Below are positions 57,048 to 64,000 of a stretch of DNA of 64,000 nt, piece by piece (positions within the stretch are counted from its first letter, which is position 1; the number at the start of each line of letters is the position of its first letter). Origin of the DNA: an uncultured Gemmatimonadota bacterium (GTDB lineage Bacteria; JAAXHH01); the NCBI GenBank assembly GCA_951812955.1, contig OX638340.1, forward strand, positions 2,560,001 to 2,624,000. Direction: 5' to 3'. The notes beneath the pieces are model-generated. The model worked only from the letters and a program-made list of their open reading frames with translations. It had not been told where the DNA came from and made no database searches. The position numbers and the translations under genes are program-made.

Positions 57048-59594
57048 TCAGGCGCCGTACAGCGCGTTGAATAGCAGCTTGAAGGTGCCGTGGGTCTGGT
57101 TGCGGAAGTTTACCTGGAACCCGTAGAGCACGATCCGTCCCTCGCCGTGACGCACGCTGATCATGGCGGGCTTGCCGGCGATGTGTTCCTCGCCGATCAG
57201 CCACCCGCTCTCGAGCACGTCTTCTTCGGGATAGGCGGCGATCACTTCGTACAGGTCGTTGTAGTGTGACGGGTTGATCGAATATACGGGGCTGGTGCGG
57301 TGCATGGCCAGGGCCTGGTCCGGCATGCCGAATCCGAGGCGGTGGGAATTGTCGACGCGGATCCGCAGCATGGAACCGGGACAGAAGAATGCGCTTTCCG
57401 GCAGGCCGGCGGATACGTCCGTGATATGCAGGCCGAACTTCTCGATGGGTAGCCGGCACGCGCGGCCGACGGCCACGAGCGTCCCGCCCTTTTCCACGAG
57501 GTCCCCAATGGCTTCGATTTCCGGATCGCCCAGGGCGCTCCGGTACGCTTCGGGCTGGGACATGGTCTTCAGGCGACTTTCGATCTCCTGTTCCGTGCCG
57601 GCCATCATGTCCATCGTGTCGTCGGGCAGGATGAGCACGTCACAGAGGTCGCGAAGGCCGCCCCGGATATCGGCGTCCCGCACGCTGCGGTAGGGGAACC
57701 CCGCTTGTTCCAGCGTCATGCGGGTCCATCCCTCGGGCATGTTGCCGCCCCAGTACCGCTGATACATGGCTATGCGCGGCTTCGAGAGCGGTTCTCCTTC
57801 CACCTGCTCCTCGAGTCGATAGCCGATTGCGCCGGTATCGCGTATGATCTGCTCGGCCCGTTCCAGGTCGCCTTCCCTGACGATAAAAGCGCCGGCCGGC
57901 AGTTCGCGGTCGCCTACGGAAAGGGGTCCCGCGGTCCGGCCGATTTCAGCGCCGGTCTCCAGCAGTTCGTTGACCGCGGAGAAAGCGGCGTTGTGCCGGG
58001 GATCGACGGCCATTCCGTGCTCCCCGTCGCCGGTCACGGAGCCATTCACCGGCACAGACTCGATCACCGGATCGAGGTTCAGCGAGCCGATGTCCAGTGC
58101 GGTGTGGGGCACCTCCGAGGGTTCCGCCACGACGCCCATCATCTCCGCCAGCGTGTCCGTCGTCGTATCGAAGATCCGCGTGGGCGAGCCATCGGCCTTT
58201 CTTGCCCAGGCGTCGTCGGGCCAGATGGTCCGTTCAAGCAGCGTCTTGACCACGCCCCGTTTGGGCTGCGCGTTGGAAATGAACCAGGTGCCCGCGGGAT
58301 AAACCCGGGTTCCCACTGTAGCGCGTGTCCGGGTCCGCTGCACGTCGATCCCCTGTCGCACCAGGGCGTTTACCAGGCCGGCCGCGACGGGGGCGTCGTG
58401 CTGATCGGGACGTATGAAGAAACCCGCCGAATCGTCCTCCTGGCCCCTGCCGGTCTGGTGCAGGGCCTTCTGCGCGGCGTTCCGCAGCACGGTATCCCGG
58501 CACCGCGCCGCGATGTCCATGAGACCGATGGCCGCGACGCGCTGCTGGTCCACCATGTCGCGCAACCGCCACCATCCCCCAGGCCACGGGTTTGGAAAGT
58601 TCGTCTGGGGCTTGTAGTGGGGCAGCGTGTGGAGCGTGTCGCCGTCCTCCCCCCTGAGCTGATGGGGATGGACGTAAAGGGGACTGGCCAGTTTCGCCTG
58701 GGCAGTTTCAGTCAGCAGACTCGCTATGTTGTGGTAGTTGCCGAGCCAGTGGAAGCCCATGTGGTACCATGCCGGGAACATGGCGCCGCTGATCACGCCC
58801 TGTTTGCCCGCTTCCTCCAGCTTGTAGACCATGTGCGCCCCGTACCAGTTGATCTCGCGCCAAATGAGCGGATCGGCGTGGGGATGAATGGGTTCGCAGT
58901 ATGGGCAGACGAACAGCCGGGGCTGGTATCCGCCCATTTCGTGGTGGTCCTGGAAGACGTGGGGGTGCCAGTCATTGAACATGATTTTGGCCATGTACCG
59001 GGACTCTACAAGGTTCAACATGAAGGCGTCCCGGTTGTTGTCGTGTCCGCAATACTTGTGATACAGCCACGGTAGTTCGCATCCCTCGTATTCCGTGCCA
59101 AGGTGCTCGTTGTACCAGTCCGACACCATGATCTGGCCATCGGGATTGAAGCACGGAACCATCAGGAATATGACGTTCTCCAGGATATTCTTCGTGGTCT
59201 CGTCGTCGCCCGTGACCAGGTCGTAGGCGAACTGGGGCGCCATCTGGGTCGCGGCGATCTCGCTGGCGTGAAGACCCATGGACTGGCAGACGATGACCTT
59301 TCCCCTGCCGACAAGACCGTCGATTTCGTCGTCCGAAAGGCCCCGGGGATCGCAGATTCGCCGGTTGGTCTCCCGCAATTCTTCCAGGTCGGCCAGGTTT
59401 CCGGCCGAAGTGATAATGGCCAGCAGGAAGGGGTTGTTCTCCGTCGTGGGACCCAGATTAACCACGCGGATGTTTTCGCTCTGCTGGTTCAGCAGGTAGA
59501 AGTACTCCGAAATGCGGTCCCAGCGGGCCATTTTGCAGTCGTCGCCGAGCCGGAAGCCGAAGAAAGATTCCGGACGCTCAACGCGGTCGGTCAT
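57048..59594 (-). CDS. large M14-like zinc carboxypeptidase-family protein
   Basis: 848 aa. HxxE zinc motif in QSMGLHASEIAATQ, PCFNPDG, later FQDHHEMGG. No obvious signal peptide. The C-terminal ~450 aa are unassigned. Confidence 0.65.
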   Translation of the reverse strand: MTDRVERPESFFGFRLGDDCKMARWDRISEYFYLLNQQSENIRVVNLGPTTENNPFLLAIITSAGNLADLEELRETNRRICDPRGLSDDEIDGLVGRGKVIVCQSMGLHASEIAATQMAPQFAYDLVTGDDETTKNILENVIFLMVPCFNPDGQIMVSDWYNEHLGTEYEGCELPWLYHKYCGHDNNRDAFMLNLVESRYMAKIMFNDWHPHVFQDHHEMGGYQPRLFVCPYCEPIHPHADPLIWREINWYGAHMVYKLEEAGKQGVISGAMFPAWYHMGFHWLGNYHNIASLLTETAQAKLASPLYVHPHQLRGEDGDTLHTLPHYKPQTNFPNPWPGGWWRLRDMVDQQRVAAIGLMDIAARCRDTVLRNAAQKALHQTGRGQEDDSAGFFIRPDQHDAPVAAGLVNALVRQGIDVQRTRTRATVGTRVYPAGTWFISNAQPKRGVVKTLLERTIWPDDAWARKADGSPTRIFDTTTDTLAEMMGVVAEPSEVPHTALDIGSLNLDPVIESVPVNGSVTGDGEHGMAVDPRHNAAFSAVNELLETGAEIGRTAGPLSVGDRELPAGAFIVREGDLERAEQIIRDTGAIGYRLEEQVEGEPLSKPRIAMYQRYWGGNMPEGWTRMTLEQAGFPYRSVRDADIRGGLRDLCDVLILPDDTMDMMAGTEQEIESRLKTMSQPEAYRSALGDPEIEAIGDLVEKGGTLVAVGRACRLPIEKFGLHITDVSAGLPESAFFCPGSMLRIRVDNSHRLGFGMPDQALAMHRTSPVYSINPSHYNDLYEVIAAYPEEDVLESGWLIGEEHIAGKPAMISVRHGEGRIVLYGFQVNFRNQTHGTFKLLFNALYGA

Positions 59595-59628
59595 GAAACG
59601 CTCCTGTCTGGGGATGGCCTGCGGGTTT

Positions 59629-60264
59629 TTACCTGGTTTTTCTCATCACGCTGGTAATCACGACCGGCGGTGTGAGACGCTGGTTTTCGCGGGGAGACTT
59701 CTGGATCTTCCGGATCACGTCCATGCCCCGGGTCACGCGGCCGAAAGCGGCGAATCCCTGTCCGTCCGGGTTGCGTTTGCCGCCGTAATCGAGCTCGGGC
59801 TGATCGCCTATGCAGAAGAAGAAACCCGAGGTCGCCGTGTCCGGTCCCATGCGGGCCATGGAAATGGCGCCGTCCACGTGCCTGATCTCGGTCGAGGTGG
59901 TCCGTTCCAGTGGAATCGGATCGAATCCGCTGTTTGGCGGATAACTGTCATCCCGGAAATCGGGGTTCACGGCGCCCTGTATCACCTCGATCTTCACGTC
60001 GTTGTTCGGCTGGTTGTCCATGGTCACCGTCCGGTGGAAGACTCCGCCGTTGTATTGCCCGGCGTCCACGTATCGCATGAAATTCGATACCGTAACCGGT
60101 GCCCGGACCGGGTCGAGCACGATTTCGATGACCCCCGCTTCCGTAGTCATTTCCAGGGTGATTTCTCTTTCCTGGGCCTGGCCCGGTCCGGCCGGCATGC
60201 CCAGGAGGCCGAAGAGCAGCAGGCCGGACAGGATGCGAATCATTTTCGTCGCCGGATTTCTCAT
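59629..60264 (-). CDS. secreted cyclophilin-type peptidyl-prolyl cis-trans isomerase
   Basis: In-frame ATG (MRNPATKMIRILSGLLLFGLLGMPAGPGQAQ signal) within ORF 59629-60567. Cyclophilin core APVTVSNFMRYVDAGQYNGGVFHRTV...GAISMARMGPDTATSGFFFC...GFAAFGRVTRGMDV. Start could be 60243, 60264 or 60270. Confidence 0.86.
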   Translation of the reverse strand: MRNPATKMIRILSGLLLFGLLGMPAGPGQAQEREITLEMTTEAGVIEIVLDPVRAPVTVSNFMRYVDAGQYNGGVFHRTVTMDNQPNNDVKIEVIQGAVNPDFRDDSYPPNSGFDPIPLERTTSTEIRHVDGAISMARMGPDTATSGFFFCIGDQPELDYGGKRNPDGQGFAAFGRVTRGMDVIRKIQKSPRENQRLTPPVVITSVMRKTR

Positions 60265-60447
60265 GTGCATGCTCCCAGCGCAGTAATCGACGCGGTGGCT
60301 GCCGGTAGGGGCCGAATCGTATGACCCGCCCGACCACCAGGATCGGCCGCGACGCGAATGTATGGAAATAGAAGTGGATGGCCGGTTTGACCGGCATGCG
60401 GGACGAACCGCAAAACGTATGGCATGATGAAACCTGGGTAGTTCCCT

Positions 60448-60539
60448 GTCAAGCGTTTTATGGCTGCGCCGGACGGGGTCGCGGGACTTCTGCGTCAAGC
60501 GTTTTGTGGCTGCGCCGGATGAGGTTGCGAAGTCCCTGC
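60448..60539. repeat. 46-nt tandem duplication (GTCAAGCGTTTT[A/G]TGGCTGCGCCGGA...) in the divergent cyclophilin/TonB-like spacer
   Basis: Copies at 60448-60493 and 60494-60539. The first ~27 nt are nearly identical and the remainder is diverged. Confidence 0.85.
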
Positions 60540-60654
60540 GATACAGCCAAAGACCTTGACAGCACACCCCGCGCGGTGGAACTTATGACCATTGACAGCG
60601 ACGCAAGTTTCCTGCCGGACCGGCCTCCGTGACCGGTCTCCGAGTAGAACTACC

Positions 60655-61521
60655 ATGAACGGTGAATTCGGACAAATCGCGTACCGGGTCGGACGCTTCC
60701 TGGAAAGACTCGAAGCCGATGAACTGGTGCCCCACCCCCTTAAGAGATTCTCGCGTCGTTTTCTGGGCGCCGGAATCTGGTGCGCCGCCTTCGTGCATTT
60801 TTTCGTGGTCGGCGGGGTCTACCTCTACAACGAGATCGAATTCGAACCCATGGTGGAAATCGAGATCATGCCCTATCCCGATCACTTGATCGACCTCATC
60901 GATCCGAGCAGGCTGCTCACATCGGAGCGGGGCGGCGGCCGTCCCGGCCGGCTCGAGCCGCCGGAGGATCCCGGGGACGATATCATGAGCAAGGGCGTGC
61001 CCGTTCCCGTGGTCGTGGGGATACCCGAACCGATAGACGACAGCCTGATCGCCGAGGAGCACGAGATCGCTTCCCAGGAAGAGATGGAAAGTGCCGTGGC
61101 CGTCGCCATGGAAACCGAGGATGAAGTGGGAGACGAGGCAGGGATGGGAGGAGCGGGCTCGGAAGGCGGCGTCGAAGGGGGAAGCGGGACTGGTGGTACC
61201 GGCGGCCTGGGCGAGGGGGGCGATGGTACCTGGAAATACGACACGCCGCCCATTCCCCGGCGCCTCAACATGAGTATTTCCCGGAAGGAGATCCCGCGGA
61301 ATCTGCGCAAAGTAAAGGAGAGCATCGTCCGGTTCGAGTTGCTGATCGATGAACGGGGCAAGGTCGTGGATGCCGCCATGATCGAATCGACCGGATATGC
61401 CGAGATCGACGATCTGCTCCTTCGGAAGATATTCGCTTCCCTGTATCATCCCGCCACCTTGAAACAGCAGCCGGTCAAGGCGTGGATCGCCGTGGGCTAC
61501 GGCTACAAGGTAGGCAGATAG
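60655..61521 (+). CDS. TonB-family energy-transducer-like protein (N-terminal TM, acidic/Gly-rich linker, C-terminal TonB domain)
   Basis: In-frame ATG within ORF 60592-61521. TM IWCAAFVHFFVVGGVYLY. Linker rich in E/D/G. C-terminal ...VRFELLIDERGKVVDAAMIESTGYAEIDDLLLRKI...YHPATLKQQPVKAWIAVGYGYKV. No exbB or exbD adjacent. Confidence 0.6.
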   Translation: MNGEFGQIAYRVGRFLERLEADELVPHPLKRFSRRFLGAGIWCAAFVHFFVVGGVYLYNEIEFEPMVEIEIMPYPDHLIDLIDPSRLLTSERGGGRPGRLEPPEDPGDDIMSKGVPVPVVVGIPEPIDDSLIAEEHEIASQEEMESAVAVAMETEDEVGDEAGMGGAGSEGGVEGGSGTGGTGGLGEGGDGTWKYDTPPIPRRLNMSISRKEIPRNLRKVKESIVRFELLIDERGKVVDAAMIESTGYAEIDDLLLRKIFASLYHPATLKQQPVKAWIAVGYGYKVGR

Positions 61522-61575
61522 ACTCGCTTCCCGCCGGCGGCCAAGCCCCGGCAGGACCAGGCGGACCAGGATTCC

Positions 61576-62799
<1,224 letters not shown>

Positions 62800-62897
62800 G
62801 CCCGATAACCACGTGCCCCGAAAACTGCGCGGCAGGGCAACTGTGCGGCATATCAGGATTGCAACGAAAGGAACGGCGTCCGGGATCCGGAGGAGAC

Positions 62898-64000
62898 TCA
62901 GGCTTTCCGGAACCAGATCAGGTACACGACGGCGCCCAGCCCGAGGCATCCCAGTCCGGGCAGCGCCTGCAGGAAGTTCTGGGTGACAACCGTCACCACC
63001 ACCCACGCAACCACCACCAGGAACAGGATCGGTACGTAGGGGTAGCCAGGAACCTTATAGGGCCTCCGGGCGTCCGGGAACTTGCGCCGAAGCACGATGA
63101 GGGCGAGGACGTTGAGCCCGTAGTAGAGGTAGACGATGTAGACGAAGGCGTTGATGATAGACTGAAAGTCGCCCAGGAAGGTCCACACGAAACCCATGAC
63201 CGACATGGCAACGATGGCGCGGGATGGCGTCCGGTACCGTGGATGCACGTGGGTGAACCACTTGAAGAACAACCCCGCCCTCGCCATGGCGTAGGGGATC
63301 CGGGGCGTGATGATCATGGTGCCGTTCATGGTTCCGAAGGTCGAGATCATGACGGCCGCCGAAATCAGCGACGCCCCCACGGGACCGATCAGCCTGCTGG
63401 CCGCGTCGGCCGCCACGCGCTCGGAAGCCGCGATTTCGCCGATGCTCAGGACGTAGAGGTAGGACCAGTTGACCGCAAGATATACGAGGGTACAGAGTCC
63501 GAGACCGAAGAAGATCACCCGGGGCAGGATACGCTGCGGATCCTTCACTTCCCCCACGACCATGTTGGTGTTGACCCAGCCCTGATAGGCGAATAGCCCA
63601 CCGATCATCGCGGGCCCCAGCACTGTAAGGATGCTCGTGTCGAGATCCGGAGGAACCAGTGGTTCGAAATGGCTGACGTTCCCGCCGATCCAGGCTGCCA
63701 GCAGCGCCAGGCCGACCAGGGCGGTCACCTTGGCGAAGGTGGTCAGGTTCATTAGGAGGCCGCCGAAACGGACGCCCACATAGTTGACGAAACAGAGGAA
63801 CAGGATCAATGCCCAGACGGCGACCTGCTGGGAAGAGATGGCGAGGGGCCCCAGCGAAAATACGGTGATGTGAGACGAAATCTCCGGGATGAAATAGCCC
63901 ATGTAGCTGGTGCAGATGGCGCCGATGGCGGCCATGCCGGCGCTCTGCAGCAGGATGAACTCCACCCAACCGTAGAGGAAGGCCACGATCGGTGGAAAGG
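62898..64000 (-). CDS. APC-superfamily amino acid permease (5' end outside the window)
   Basis: ORF open to the window edge, with at least 362 aa visible. Polytopic, with typical APC segments (GPAMIGGLFAYQGWVNTNMVVGEVKDPQRILPR; FFKWFTHVHPRYRTPSRAI). Confidence 0.78.
   Translation of the reverse strand, partial: FPPIVAFLYGWVEFILLQSAGMAAIGAICTSYMGYFIPEISSHITVFSLGPLAISSQQVAVWALILFLCFVNYVGVRFGGLLMNLTTFAKVTALVGLALLAAWIGGNVSHFEPLVPPDLDTSILTVLGPAMIGGLFAYQGWVNTNMVVGEVKDPQRILPRVIFFGLGLCTLVYLAVNWSYLYVLSIGEIAASERVAADAASRLIGPVGASLISAAVMISTFGTMNGTMIITPRIPYAMARAGLFFKWFTHVHPRYRTPSRAIVAMSVMGFVWTFLGDFQSIINAFVYIVYLYYGLNVLALIVLRRKFPDARRPYKVPGYPYVPILFLVVVAWVVVTVVTQNFLQALPGLGCLGLGAVVYLIWFRKA

Noticed and set aside
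57019-57459. 147-aa N-terminal extension of the amidohydrolase ORF (ORF track 56035-57459).
   Set aside because: The extension is Arg/Pro-rich nonsense and overlaps the 3' end of the M14 gene. The conserved amidohydrolase N-terminus MPIVDFHNH begins at the in-frame ATG at 57018.

Overview
GC-rich bacterial chromosomal window with diderm-type gene content (TonB-like protein, outer-membrane beta-barrel, MltD-like transglycosylase, CcmF). About 57 protein-coding genes are supported. I found no rRNA, tRNA, CRISPR array, transposase, integrase or prophage gene.

Most of the content is core housekeeping. On the plus strand:
- TPR-parvulin, trxB (cysE converges on it from the minus strand)
- an S55 peptidase plus repeat-protein pair
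- yebC-ruvCAB-queA, ispD-ispF, parAB
- an M23 peptidase-bactofilin pair followed directly by a complete F1Fo ATP synthase operon (atpZ/I-like, B, E, F, H, A, G, D, C)

Next comes a ~15-kb co-directional minus-strand run: ribB, hpnC-hpnD-hpnE squalene genes, TIM-barrel isomerase, GNAT, OM barrel, Tat-signal class-V aminotransferase, flippase-GT2-YfhO-polyprenol-phosphate GT2, PhyH dioxygenase and HpcH aldolase.

The rest is thiL, a Rieske ferredoxin, a LysM transglycosylase, queG, rny, ccmF, rpiA, a six-gene catabolic-looking operon headed by a large M14-like peptidase, a cyclophilin, a TonB-like protein, a nucleoside MFS transporter and a truncated APC permease.

The most unusual items are:
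1. An orphan 917-aa protein fusing an OmpR-type winged helix, a STAND-like P-loop NTPase, HEAT-like repeats and a C-terminal glycine-zipper polytopic membrane domain.
2. A recurrent pattern of short (about 13-68 nt) tandem duplications sitting exactly on gene boundaries. These copy the stop-codon-containing 3' ends of cysE, an OM-barrel gene, the transglycosylase and queG, and the start regions of thiL and yfhO. In-frame duplications also occur inside conserved enzymes (QueA, HpnD).
3. A 578-bp GC-poor non-coding island between ccmF and rny.

All function calls rest on motif recognition by eye, not on database searches. Start codons are often ambiguous in this GC-rich sequence. Overall this looks like an ordinary core region rather than an accessory island, so novelty claims are hedged.
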